Shown here one piece after another: positions 15,503 to 29,632 of a stretch of 64,000 nt of DNA. The stretch's first letter is position 1. The number at the start of each line of letters is the position of its first letter. The stretch comes from Eledone cirrhosa (taxonomy: Eukaryota). A model generated the notes under the pieces. The model searched no databases. It was not told the DNA's origin and saw nothing but the letters and a program-made list of their open reading frames with translations. The stretch spans positions 21,080,001 through 21,144,000 of the forward strand of contig OZ024748.1 in assembly GCA_964016885.1 (NCBI GenBank). Reading direction: 5' to 3'. The position numbers and the translations under genes were made by a program.

Positions 15503-16110
15503 GGTGGCTGCCAACTCGTTTTCGAGTACGGCCACTACTTTATATCCATGTAGGAGAACCCCTACCGATGCGCTGAACGAGTGTGACTTTTCAGTCCAGC
15601 CAGCGACTTGAAAACTCTGGTACAAACGCTACACTTGTCACAATTATTGACACATAGTGCTGGGCCCTTGGTACCATGTGACGACAAGTGCAGAGAGATC
15701 TCCAGATATAAACCAATGCCTGTACCGTGAAGCTTTTATAGTGAGCAAAGGCACTGCACACAGCCAGTCCCACTCTCTTAACCAAGATGATATTTACCAA
15801 AAAGAAGAACAAGTCAACATCATTGGATACTATCAGGGTTGTAGGTGTTATATCAGAGTTTTCCTTCTCCTAGAATTCTGCCTTGACAAAGGCTAAGGGG
15901 TCATCTCTCCCGGTGATTTTGGATGGCCATTGACTCTTAAGAGCTCCTTTGCCCTTTGACAGGTTTTGTTTTTAGTCCTGCAGGATGTCCAAAGTCACCC
16001 TCCTCACCAAGAAACCTTGGTGGGGTTGCCAGTTTAGTCGCCAACGACCCGACCATGAGACAGGTTGTACTGGGATACATGTTACCAGTAGCACCAGCTG
16101 GTGACCTGAC
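15503..16110 (-). mobile_element. bipartite non-autonomous RTE-derived retroelement, longest copy, (ATGT)n tail
   Basis: Minus strand has an RTE-like 5'UTR (GGGTCGTTGGCGACTAAACTGGCAACCCC...GGAGAAGGAAAACTCTGA) joined to a 3' end encoding KCSVCTRVFKSLAGLKSHTRSAHR*. Four copies in the window. Confidence 0.75.
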
Positions 16111-16561
16111 ATAAATACATACATACATACATACATACATACATACATACATACATAACACATACATACATACATACATACATAACACATACATACATGA
16201 ATACATACATACATACATACATACATACATACATACATACATACATACATACATACATACATACATACATACATACATAACACATACATACCTGTATACA
16301 TACATACAAACATACATACATACATACATACATACATACATACATACATACATACATACATACATACATACATACATAACACATACATACCTATATACAT
16401 ACATACATACATACATACATACATACATACATACATACATACATACATACATACATAAAACATACATACATACATGTATACATACATACATACATACATA
16501 CATACATACATACATACATACATACATACATACATACATACATACATACATACATACATAC

Positions 16562-16975
16562 AGATTTATGCCTGTGATTATTGGGGCACTGGGATGTGTT
16601 AGTAACTGCCTCAATACAAATCTTGAGAAGCTGGGCTTCACAGGAACAGAAAGAACACAACTAGTTAGGAAACTACAAGTACAATCCATTAATAGAACAG
16701 TAAAAATATGTAAAACATTCCAAAAATGTTGCATCTAATAACTGCATATACACATGTACAGATACAAAGCATATACACATGCACACATACAACTCAAAAC
16801 ATACACATCCACACATACAATCACATCCATATCTACACATGCATGCAGACATGCATGCATACATACATATCTATCTAGTTGTTGTGTAAATTCCAATGAG
16901 AGAGTTTTGTGTCTATGTTAGAAACGGACTCTTTCTCTATTGGTAAAACTTTGTGAAATTATAAAACCAGAAGAA
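16562..16975 (+). mobile_element. 5'-truncated R4/Dong-clade LINE in (TACA)n
   Basis: 16562-16738 reads RFMPVIIGALGCVSNCLNTNLEKLGF...KICKTFQKCCI*; the 3'UTR ending ATAAAACCAGAAGAA is shared with 40208 and 43080. Confidence 0.75.
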
Positions 16976-17780
16976 CATACATACAAACATACATACATAC
17001 ACAGATACATACATACATACACACACACATACATACATCCATACACACATACATACATACATACATACATACATACATACATACATACATACATACATAC
17101 ATACATACACACATACATACAAATAGGTGAGCATGAATGCATGCATGTAAGTATGCCTTTGAATTTAGGAACAATAAAAGTACTTTCCATGAATAACAAC
17201 AGCATCAACAACATTAGTAGTATAAGAATAACAACAACAATAATACTACTAAGTAACAACAACAAAATATAATATTAATGCTAATAATAGTAATGAAAAT
17301 ACTACTAATAAATTGATAAGACAAGCCACAAGACCTAGAATACAATGAAAGTGATTTTGTCAGCCATCTGCCGTAAGTCAAATACATTGATTCAATCCAG
17401 CCAATCTACAGAAATATCTTTACTGTCAGCGCCATCTGCATTCTAGAATCTTCTCTGTAGAAAGGACAAACCAAGCCTTTCTAATAGTACATTGTTATTA
17501 TTACCATCGTCGTCATCATCAACACCATCATCATCATCATCATCATCGCCACCGTCACCATCGTCGCCATCGTCATCGTTATCACCCCCACCACCACCAC
17601 CACTACCGCCACCGCCGCCATCGTCATCACCATCATCATCATCATCATCATCACCATCATCATCATCACCACCGTCACCATCGTCGCCATCGTCATCGTT
17701 ATCACCCCACCACCACCACCACCACCACCACCACCACCGCCATCACCGTCACCATCGTCGCCATCGTCATCGTTATCACC

Positions 17781-17827
<47 letters not shown>

Positions 17828-17914
17828 TATTATTATCAACATTTGCACTGGTGCCAACAGATAGGAAATGTATTTTTAAATTTGACGTCCGTAGTTTAAA
17901 TGGCTTCTATCTAT

Positions 17915-19025
17915 TGATGGATGGCTGGATGGTTGGTTGGTTGTATGGCTGGATGGCTGGATGGTTAGTTGGTTGGATGGTTGGATGGTTGGATGGTTGG
18001 ATGGCTGGATGGCTGGATGGTTGGTTGGTTGGATGGCTGGATGGTTGGATGGTTGGATGGTTGGATGGCTGGATGGTTGGATGGCTGGATGGTTGGATAG
18101 TTGGATGGTTGGATGGTTGGATGGTTGGATGGTTGGATGGCTGGATGGTTGGATGGTTGGATGGTTGGTTGGTTGGATGGTTGGATGGTTGGATGGTTGG
18201 ATGGTTGGTTTGTTGGATGGTTATATGGTTGGTTGGTTGGTTGGTTGGTTGGTTGGTTGGATGGTTGGATGGTTGGATGGTTGGATGGTTGGTTGGTTGG
18301 ATGGCTGGATGGCTGGATGGTTGGTTGGTTGGATGGTTGGTTGGTTGGATGGTTGGATGGCTGGATGGTTGGTTGGTTGGATGGTTGGATGGCTGGATGG
18401 TTGGATGGTTGGATGGTTGGATGGCTGGATGGTTGGATGGTTGGATGGTTGGATGGCTGGATGGTTGGATGGTTGGATGGTTGGATGGTTGGATGGCTGG
18501 ATGGCTGGATGGTTGGTTGGTTGCATGGTTGGATGGCTGGATGGTTGGATGGTTGGATGGTTGGATGGCTGGATGGTTGGATGGTTGGATGGTTGGATGG
18601 CTGGATGGTTGGATGGTTGGATGGTTGGATGGTTGGATGGTTGGATGGTTTCATGGCTGGATGGTTGGTTGGTTGGATGGCTGGATGGCTGGATGGTTGG
18701 TTGGTTGGATGGTTGGATGGTTGGATGGTTGGATGGCTGGATGGCTGGATGGTTGGATGGTTGGATGGGTGGTTGGATGGTTGGATGGTTGATGGATGGT
18801 TGGTTGGTTGGATGGCTGGCTGGATGGATGGATGGATGGTTTGGATGGATGGATGGTTGGTTGGATGGCTGGATGGTTGGATGGTTGGTTGGGTGGTTGG
18901 ATGGCTGGTTAGACGGTTGAATGGTTGGATGGTTGGATGGTTGGATGGTTGATGGATGGTTGGTTGGATGAGGAGTTGGATGGTTGGATGGTTGGATGGT
19001 TGGATGAGTGACTGATTGGATGGAT
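17915..19025. repeat. (GGAT/GGTT/GGCT)n tetranucleotide-based satellite
   Basis: direct inspection; source of the GW-rich ORFs. Confidence 0.95.
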
Positions 19026-19276
19026 GGTAAGATGGTAAGATGGATAATAAAGTGCACTCCGTTCGGCAAGGACGTTGTTGATGGTGTTTGTGGTGTTAAT
19101 GGAGGTGGGGATGATGATGATGATGATGACGAAGATGATGACGACGACGATGATGATGGAGTGGAGATGATGATCACGATGATGATGGCGTCGTCGACAA
19201 GAACGATGACGATAATGATGAAGATGATGATGATGATTATGAGTATGATGAAGATCGAGACAAGAGCGATGAAGAC

Positions 19277-19317
<41 letters not shown>

Positions 19318-19493
19318 CAAAGGTGAAGAATATCTTTATATACCACCGGTCTTCATGCTGTTCTATCAAGCCGGTGTATTGTACATCTTTGTAAAGCACA
19401 GCTATGTGTTTGTTTTTGTTTTAACAAAAGAAAAACGTTATTTAAATATTAAAATGATGAAAATATTGAAATGTATGGATTAAAGTAATAAAC

Positions 19494-19934
19494 AGGAAGA
19501 GAGAAAGAAGAGGGAAGAAGGTAGAGGAAGAGAGAAAGAAGAGGGAAGAAGGTAGAGGAAGAGAGAAAGAAGAGGGAAGAAGGTAGAGGAAGAGAGAAAG
19601 AAGAGGGAAGAAGGTAGAGGAAGAGAGCAAGAAGAGGGAAGAAGGTAGAGGAATAGAGAAAGAAGAGGGAAGAAGGTAGAGGAAGAGAGAAAGAAGAGGG
19701 AAGAAGGTAGAGGAAGAGAGCAAGAAGAGGGAAGAAGGTAGAGGAAGAGAGAAAGAAGAGGGAAGAAGGTAGAGGAAGAGAGAAAGAAGAGGGAAGAAGG
19801 TAGAGGAAGAGAGAAAGAAGAGGGAAGAGGGTAGAGGAAGAGAGAAAGAAGAGGGAAGAAGGTAGAGGAAGAGAGAAAGAAGAGGGAAGAAGGTAGAGGA
19901 AGAGAGAAAGAAGAGGAAAGAAGGTAGAGGAAGA
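19494..19934. repeat. 31-bp polypurine minisatellite, ~14 units
   Basis: unit AGGAAGAGAGAAAGAAGAGGGAAGAAGGTAG. Confidence 0.95.
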
Positions 19935-20037
19935 AAACATTTAATAATAACAAAGAGATGAAACAGGGGAATGGTATAAGAGCAAAGGGAAGAAATATAT
20001 CAAACTAATGGCAGGGATTTCAATAAATAAGTTAATC

Positions 20038-20658
20038 CAGAGGTTCTCAAAGTAGGCACTACCTCCCTCCCCCCCTGGGGGAGGGCATTGAAGGACCAGG
20101 GGGGCGCTGGGACCTAAGGAGGTGGTTACGGGGAATTAGAGATAATATAATAGTATATTAGATATCAAGTGATACATTGTGGATCGACTTTCGTCAAATC
20201 TGACCGAGGAAATAATGTTTCAGTTGGTCTTTCCAATTGCTAAAACTATCTATCGGTTGCAACTCCAGGTGGAAGAAGCAACGTGAAATAAAGTGTCTTG
20301 CCCAAGGACATAACGCATCACCCGGTCCAGGAATCGAACTCACAACCTCACGATTGCGAATCCAGTTCTCTAACCAATCAGCCACACACCTTGATACATA
20401 TGATACATATGTATCAATAAATACATACATATATATAAATACATATTATATATAAATATAGTAAAACAAAAAATATATAAGATTCATTTATAGATAGTAT
20501 ATATTATATTATTTATTATATATAAATTAACGATTGTATTTATTACATATTATTTACAATTTGCATGTGGGTAGGTCTCTTTGGGAATGGGCGGGGGGCG
20601 TTGAGGGTATTACGTGGCCGTGGGGAGGTCGGTGGGCCAAAAAGTTTGAGAACCTCTG
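20038..20658. mobile_element. hAT-superfamily MITE carrying a nested SINE B
   Basis: TIRs CAGAGGTTCTCAAA / TTTGAGAACCTCTG; 8-bp TSD AGTTAATC / AGTTAAAC (7 of 8 match). Confidence 0.88.
20182..20390 (-). mobile_element. SINE B copy nested in the hAT MITE
   Basis: reverse complement of 2250-2458. Confidence 0.88.
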
Positions 20659-20898
20659 AGTTAAACGGTGAGAAAATGAAATGCCGTACATGAAAACATT
20701 TTTATCAATTGAAACTTCTGTCTTAATCGTATAAAAGAAAATTAAGGAAAATTTTGGCGATTCTTAAAGAAAAGGGGAGATCAATTCAAGAAATTAACAA
20801 TTAATCTCTGGGAGTTTATTTACATGGATAGTTGAGAGAGTCTGACCTTTGTTTGAAGAGAAGGAACAACTAAAAGTATGTTTCAGATTCATTATATC

Positions 20899-21230
20899 TC
20901 GCCGAGGTTAACTTTGCCTTTCATCCTTACAGGGTCGATAAAATAAAGTACCAGTAATGTACTGGGTTATTGCTGGCCTTGTGCCAATAGTAGAAACAAT
21001 TATATCTCAAAGGGTGGCGGATTGGCAGTATCGGTAGAGTGTCGGAGACCATGCTTTGCAGCATAGAGTTACGGCCCTTTATGATCTGAGTTCAAATCGC
21101 GCCGAGGTTAACTTTGCCTTTCATCCTTACGGGGTCGATAAAATAAAGTACCAGTCACGCACTAGGGTCGATTTAATCGACTTTTCCTTCTCCAAAAACT
21201 GCTGACCTTGTGCCTAAACCAGAAACCATT
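20899..21230 (+). mobile_element. two SINE A copies (5'-truncated short form 20899-21000; long form 21011-21230)
   Basis: SINE A motifs; ATTATATCTC occurs before, between and after them. Confidence 0.9.
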
Positions 21231-21719
21231 ATATCTCATCAACATAGTAAAGTCTAACTAAGACTGTTTAATCATTTCACAAAGATATTTTACATATGGC
21301 GAATAATAAGTTTTCCGGTTTGTAAAATTTGCATAATAAAAAAGTAATAAACTGAGCTAAGGGAAATAACTCAAATAAGACAATGACATGAATTTGGATA
21401 TTATCTTCCCTTTTCTATATCTTAGTCTTCTATATTTAGCAGAAAACACAAACTGATGTTTCTAAAGAATGAAGCCAACCATAATTCACCGAAATTGAAG
21501 ATTTTATTTGTGGATCTATTCACCTATTTCGTAATTTTAGAGAATAATTTTTAATTATCGAATAATTTCTATGAAACAGTCTAAATATGTTTGGTTTTTT
21601 TTTCTTTGTTTTTGAAAAAAAGATATTTGGAGTCATTTAAAAGTTATTCAAATATTAGTAATAAATTTGGTGGAGAAACAAATTTTATGGACGAAACTAA
21701 ATTTGGAATGAATCGCATT

Positions 21720-21755
<36 letters not shown>

Positions 21756-21833
21756 TTTTTCTATTCATTCATTTCATTATAAAAAATATTTTCTGTTTAG
21801 AACTTTTTCCAATTTGTTAATAAAGAACTGCTT

Positions 21834-21882
<49 letters not shown>

Positions 21883-21965
21883 GGTTCTTATTATTATTAT
21901 TAACATTATTATTACTATTATTATTGTTATATTAGTATTTATTACTATTATTACTATTATTATTG

Positions 21966-22181
21966 TTGGATTGGCACTATCGGTAGAGGATCGGACGCCA
22001 TGCTTTACAGCATAGAGTTACGGTCCTTTATGTTCTGAGTTCAAATCCCACCTAGGTTAACTTTGCCTTTCATCCTTACGGGGTCGATAAAATAAAGTAC
22101 CAGTCACGCACTGGGGTCGATTTAATCGACTTTCCCCCGCTCCAAAAATTGCTGGCCTTGTGCCAAAAAGTAAAAACAATT
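21966..22181 (+). mobile_element. SINE A, long form
   Basis: SINE A motifs plus the GGGGTCGATTTAATCGACTTTCCCC hairpin. Confidence 0.9.
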
Positions 22182-22343
22182 ATTATTATTATTGTTGTTT
22201 TTTTATTTCTATCCCGATTTCTATTTTGTTATAACCTGTTTACACGGCAAAAACCCACCTTGTATTGTCCTGTACCGTTCTGTGCCGCCTGTAATGTTTT
22301 TCTTCGTGTTAGCCCTTGTGACCAATAGAGAAACCATTATTAT

Positions 22344-22528
22344 ATTGGCAGTATCGGTAGAGGGTCGGACGCCATGCTTTGACGCATAGAGTTACGGCCC
22401 TTGCCATTCTGATTTCAAATCCCGCCGAGGTTAACTTTGCCTTTCATCCTTACGGGGTCGACGATAAAATAAAGTACCAGTAATACACTGGGTAATTTGC
22501 TGGCCTTGTGCCAAAAGTAGAAACAATT
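22344..22528 (+). mobile_element. SINE A, short form
   Basis: SINE A motifs. Confidence 0.9.
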
Positions 22529-22874
22529 ATTATTGTTGTTGTTGTTGCTGTTGTTATTATTTTGCCTTCTGTTTCTACGAATCATCACTAAGTCACAACC
22601 AATGACCACAAGAAACACCAAGTTCTGCCAAGTTCAGAAAAAACAAAACAATATTATAAGTATTATTTATTTTCGTCATCTTTTTCTCATTGCTGTTGTT
22701 TAGAACCAAGTCAGTTCCGATCGACCAAATCTAGGATGTCAAAGACTTTCCATCCATGAACGTCCGGTCGAGTCATTGGGTATAACTATGACTATCTGCA
22801 GTGACCAATACATATGTCAGTTGCATACAAATGAGAACACACTCAAGTGATATATATATATATATATATATATA

Positions 22875-23095
22875 TAGGAACCAGTAAGACCCCGACAGCT
22901 GAGCTCAAGCCGTTTCGACGGCTAATTCTGGACTCAGAATTAGCCGTCGAAGAATTAGCGTCCAGAATTAGCCGTCGAAACGGCTTGAGCTCAGCTGTCG
23001 GGGTCTTACTGGTTCCTATTACCCACTCTACTACCTCAAGTATTGAGTACTTTGGTGCGTTATGGTCCACCTGGTTCCTTACCACATTTCCTTCG

Positions 23096-23097
<2 letters not shown>
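22875..23097 (+). mobile_element. palindromic Penelope-like pLTR fragment (palindrome 22875-23018 plus one-sided tail) in (TA)n
   Basis: ~58-bp perfect inverted arms containing the 3' half of an HHR, GAAA-CGGC-TTGAGCTCA-GCTG-TC; homologues at 37007 and 37252. Confidence 0.7.
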
Positions 23098-23146
<49 letters not shown>

Positions 23147-23342
23147 TTTAACGCTTGATTTAGAAGGAAAAGAGACTTAATATTTCTGGTGTTAGTCTAT
23201 CATCGGAATATGGAATGGGGGACAGAAGAATATATAAAAGGATAGACGAAAGTAAAAGAAGGAAGATAAGGATATATATATATATATCACCACTGTACTG
23301 TATTGTTCTCTTATGTTGATAATTGTCATATATATATATATA

Positions 23343-23942
<600 letters not shown>

Positions 23943-24006
23943 ATGTGTATATATATATGTGTATATATATATACACATATATATATACACATATATATAT
24001 ATATAT

Positions 24007-24148
<142 letters not shown>

Positions 24149-24266
24149 GTATATATATATATATGTATATACATATATAAATTTATATATATATGTATAT
24201 ATATATATACGTATATATACTTATATATATACATATCTATATATATATATATGTATATATAGATAT

Positions 24267-24362
<96 letters not shown>

Positions 24363-24451
24363 GTATATATATATATATGTATATACATATATAAATTTAT
24401 ATATATATGTATATATATATATACGTATATATACTTATATATATACATATC

Positions 24452-24550
<99 letters not shown>

Positions 24551-24701
24551 ATAAATATATATATATATATATAAATGTCTGTAGTCAATTTATGTTTATT
24601 TGTATATCACTGAATTCAACTGAATTATATTATACTGTATTGTAGTCTATTGTATTTCTAAGTTGGCCTCTTTGTTGTCTGTATAATAAACACAAACACT
24701 G

Positions 24702-24776
<75 letters not shown>

Positions 24777-25322
24777 TTATTATTACTATTATTATTATTA
24801 TTATTACTATTATTATTACTAATTTTATTAGTTGATACCATTGTTGCTGGTGTTATTATTGTTAATATTATGTGTTGTTACAGTTCTTTATATTGTTGTT
24901 ATACATTGCTCAGACAACACACAACAAATATATATACTCATGTATGTATATTTGTTGTATACACACACACATATATCTATATATATATACATATATATAC
25001 ATATATATATGTATATAATTGAATATATGAGAGTTCTAACTCAATCTATTATATATATATATATAAATATATTGTTTCGGGTCTATTGTGTTTCTGTTTG
25101 TGTTTTAATGTAGTTTTTTTTATATTTGTTTTCTTAATCCAACTATAGTGTTGTTTGTTGTTGTTGTTGTTGTTGTTATCGTTGCTGTTGTCATTGTTGT
25201 TGTTGCTTCTACTTTATATTATATGCTATTGGTTCTATCAACCCAGCGTGGCTTTTAATTAAATTCACCATCTTAAACCCACTGTTCAGTAAAAGAAAAA
25301 TGTTCATCACATACTTCGTTGT

Positions 25323-25594
<272 letters not shown>

Positions 25595-25632
25595 TATATA
25601 TGCATATATACATATATATATATGCATATATA

Positions 25633-25688
<56 letters not shown>

Positions 25689-25705
25689 CATATACATGTG
25701 TATAT

Positions 25706-25784
<79 letters not shown>

Positions 25785-26791
25785 TATGACAGCGTATATC
25801 TGTCAATCTAGATAGCGGTCTGTCAGTCTGTCTCTCCCCCCTCTCTCTCTTTCTCTCTCTTTTTATATATATAAATATATATATGTGTGTGCGTGAGAGA
25901 GAGAGAGTGTGTGTGCGTGTGCATATATGTGTATATATGTATGTAGGTATGTATGTATTTATAGGTATGTATACTTATACAAAGTTTGGACATAGACTCA
26001 CGCACACACTTACACACTCATACACATGCACCCATACATAAACACATATTTATGTATATATATTTATATACATATATGTGTGTGTGTGCATGAGTGTATG
26101 CGTATGTGTCATTATGAGTCTGTCTGTATGAGTGTGTGTGCCTGTATGAGTGTATGCGTGTGTGTCTGTATGAGTGTATGCGTGTGTGTCTGTATGAGTC
26201 TGTGTCTGTATGAGTGTGTGTGCCTGTATGAGTGTATGTGTGTGTGTCTGTATGAGTCTGTGTCTGTATGAGTGTGTGTGCCTGTATGAGTGTATGTGTG
26301 TGTGCCTGTATGAGTCTGTGTCTGTATGAGTGTGTGTGCCTGTATGAGTGTATGCGTGTGTGCCTGTATGAGTGTATGTGTGTCAGTATGAATGTGTTTG
26401 TGTATGTGTATCCAAACACACACGGAAGAAAAAGTGTTTATTTGTGTGTTTTTAGTTGTTTTTTCTGTTATGTTTTGGTCTTTGTGTCTGTTTATAAAAA
26501 CCAATTCCATTGTAGAATGAAAGATGATTTAGAATGTGTTAGAATGTGAGAATGTCAGAATATAAGAATGTAAAACTGTAAGAATGTTAGAATGTTGCCG
26601 CAATCGTATTGACTTGTATGTCTGACACTACGGACAGCTCTGAAGACGGCAAGTAGCACTGTAAATGACAGAATTCGCTTAATTAAATTGAACCAGAGAA
26701 AAATATATTTCTGATGTAGTCTACCATATAAATGAATTCGAACGAAATTTATTGAACGATGGAGACAAATAGAGAATAGAGATACAGAGAC

Positions 26792-26875
<84 letters not shown>

Positions 26876-27059
26876 GGAGGTTAGGGTGTGGTAGAGGTGT
26901 GGAGGGAGAGAGAGGCATGGAATGAGGGACGTAGGGTAGTGAAGGGAGAGGGTGAAGGGAGGGAAAGAAATGGATGGATAGAGAGGAGGGAGGAAGAGAC
27001 AGAGAGACTGACAGTTTGAGAGACAGAGACACAGAGACATAAGCAAAGAGACAGAGAGT

Positions 27060-27101
<42 letters not shown>

Positions 27102-27304
27102 GGGCAGGGAGAGAGAGGGATATAGAGACAGAAAGATACATAGAAAGACAGACAGGAAGACCGATATAAACATGGAGATTGACACCGAGAAACATAGAGA
27201 AGGTAACAGATATATAGAGAGAGATATCAGAGAGAGAGAGAGACAAATATGGAGAGATAGGGAGAGGATAGGAGGTAGAGACAGACGTAGGTAGGTACAG
27301 AGAC

Positions 27305-29190
27305 TTAGAGAGGCACATAGAGAAGGTTTCTCTGGTGTAGAGAGGGACATAGAGAGACAGAGAGAGACAGGGAGAGACTGAGAGACAGGGAGAGACTTAT
27401 AGAGGCACATATAGAAGGTTTATCTGGTGTAGAGGGACATAGAGAGACAGAGAGAGACTGAGAGAGGCACATAGAGAAGGTTTCTCTGGTGTAGAGGGAC
27501 AGAGAGAGACAGAGAGAGACTGAGAGAGGCACATAGAGAAGGTTTCTCTGGTGTAGAGGGACAGAGAGAGACAGAGAGAGACTGAGAGAGGCACATAGAG
27601 AAGGTTTCTCTGGTGTAGAGGGACAGAGAGAGACAGAGAGAGACTGAGAGAGGCACATAGAGAAGGTTTTTCTGGTGTAGAGGGACAGAGAGAGACAGAG
27701 AGAGACTGAGAGAGGCACATAGAGAAGGTTTCTCTGGTGTAGAGGGACAGAGAGAGACAGAGAGAGACTGAGAGAGGCACATAGAGAAGGTTTCTCTGGT
27801 GTAGAGGGACATAGAGAGACAGAGAGAGACTGAGAGAGGCACATAGAGAAGGTTTCTCTGGTGTAGAGGGACAGAGAGAGACATAAGAGACAGGGAGAGA
27901 CTGAGAGAGGCACATATAGAAGGTTTCTCTGACGTAGAGAGACATAGAGAGAGACAGAGAAAGACATAAGAGACAGGGAGAGACTGAGAGAGGCACATAT
28001 AGAAGGTTTATCTGACGTAGAGAGACATAGAGAGACAGAGAAAGACATAAGAGACAGGGAGAGACTGAGAGAGGCACATATAGAAGGTTTATCTGACGTA
28101 GAGAGACATAGAGAGACAGAGAAAGACATAAGAGACAGGGAGAGACTGAGAGAGGCACATATAGAAGGTTTATCTGACGTAGAGAGACATAGAGAGACAG
28201 AGAAAGACATAAGAGACAGGGAGAGACTGAGAGAGGCACATATAGAAGGTTTATCTGACGTAGAGAGACATAGAGAGACAGAGAAAGACATAAGAGACAG
28301 GGAGAGACTGAGAGAGGCACATATAGAAGGTTTATCTGGTGTAGAGAGACATAGAGAGACAGAGAAAGACATAAGAGACAGGGAGAGACTGAGAGAGGCA
28401 CATATAGAAGGTTTATCTGACGTAGAGAGACATAGAGAGATAGAGAAAGACATAAGAGACATGGAGAGACTGAGAGAGGCACATATAGAAGGTTTATCTG
28501 ACGTAGAGAGACATAGAGAGACAGAGAAAGACATAAGAGACAGGGAGAGACTGAGAGAGGCACATATAGAAGGTTTATCTGGTGTAGAGAGACATAGAGA
28601 GATAGAGAAAGACATAAGAGACAGGGAGAGACTTAGAGAGGCACATATAGAAGGTTTATCTGGTGTAGAGAGACATAGAGAGACAGAGAAAGACATAAGA
28701 GACAGGGAGAGACTGAGAGAGGCACATATAGAAGGTTTATCTGACGTAGAGAGACATAGAGAGATAGAGAAAGACATAAGAGACATGGAGAGACTGAGAG
28801 AGGCACATAGAGAAGGTTTATCTGGTGTAGAGAGACATAGAGAGACAGAGAGACATAAGAGACAGGGAGAGACTGAGAGAGGCACATATAGAAGGTTTCG
28901 CTGGTGTAGAGAGACATAGAGAGATAGAGAAAGACATAAGAGACAGGGAGAGACTGAGAGAGGCACATAGAGAATGTTTATCTGGTGTAGAGAGACATAG
29001 AGAGACAGAGAGACATAAGAGACAGGGAGAGACTGAGAGAGGCACATATAGATGGTTTATCTGACGCAGAGAGAGACATAGAGAGACACAGAGAGACATA
29101 AGAGACAGGGAGAGACTGAGAGAGGCACATAGAGAAGGTTTATCTGGTGTAGAGAGACATAGAGAGACACAGAGAGACATAAGAGACATG
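27305..29190. repeat. GA-rich minisatellite, 62-bp units changing to 81-bp units
   Basis: GCAC of GGCACAT at 27467/27529/27591 (62 bp apart) and 27993/28074/28155 (81 bp apart). Confidence 0.95.
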
Positions 29191-29319
29191 AGATAGAGAG
29201 AGACGCAGAGAGACTGAAAGAGACATAGAGACGCATACTGAGATATAGAGATAGAGATACCAAGACATAGAGAGACCGAAGGAGTCATAGAAACGTAAAG
29301 AAAAACAGGGAGAGACATT

Positions 29320-29632
29320 GAAATACTTAAATAGTCTCAGAGGAGCAGAGAAAGAAAGAGAGAAAAAGACAGAGAGAGACTGGGGGAGTCATAGAGAGGC
29401 ATAGTGTAAAATGGAGAGATTTAGAAATACTTAAATAGTCTCAGGGGTGGATAGAGAGAAAGAGAGACAAAGGCACCGAAGGAGTTATAGAGAGGCATGG
29501 AGAGACATGGAGAGACTTTTAAATACTTAAATAGTCTCAGGGGTGGATAGAGAAAAAGAGAGACAAAGGCATCGAAGGAGTTATAGAGAGGCATGGAGAG
29601 ACATGGAGAGACTTAAAAATACTTAAATAGTT
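29320..29632. repeat. diverged ~95-105 bp tandem repeat, 4 units
   Basis: AAATACTTAAATAGT occurs four times. Confidence 0.8.

Noticed and set aside
15562-15640. host C2H2 zinc-finger gene exon
   Set aside because: It is a single finger inside a four-copy, tailed, 5'-truncated retroelement.
17851-18952. GW-rich ORFs resembling Argonaute-hook proteins
   Set aside because: They come from a tetranucleotide satellite that is open in all frames.
26636-26670. isolated CTGAAGA (also CTGACGA at 14485 and 36062)
   Set aside because: No correctly placed GAAA or stems.
27305-29047. 580-aa ORF with TPEKP/TSDKP repeats resembling C2H2 linkers
   Set aside because: There is no CxxC or HxxxH spacing, the units are 62 and 81 bp rather than 84, and the sequence is (GA)n-derived.
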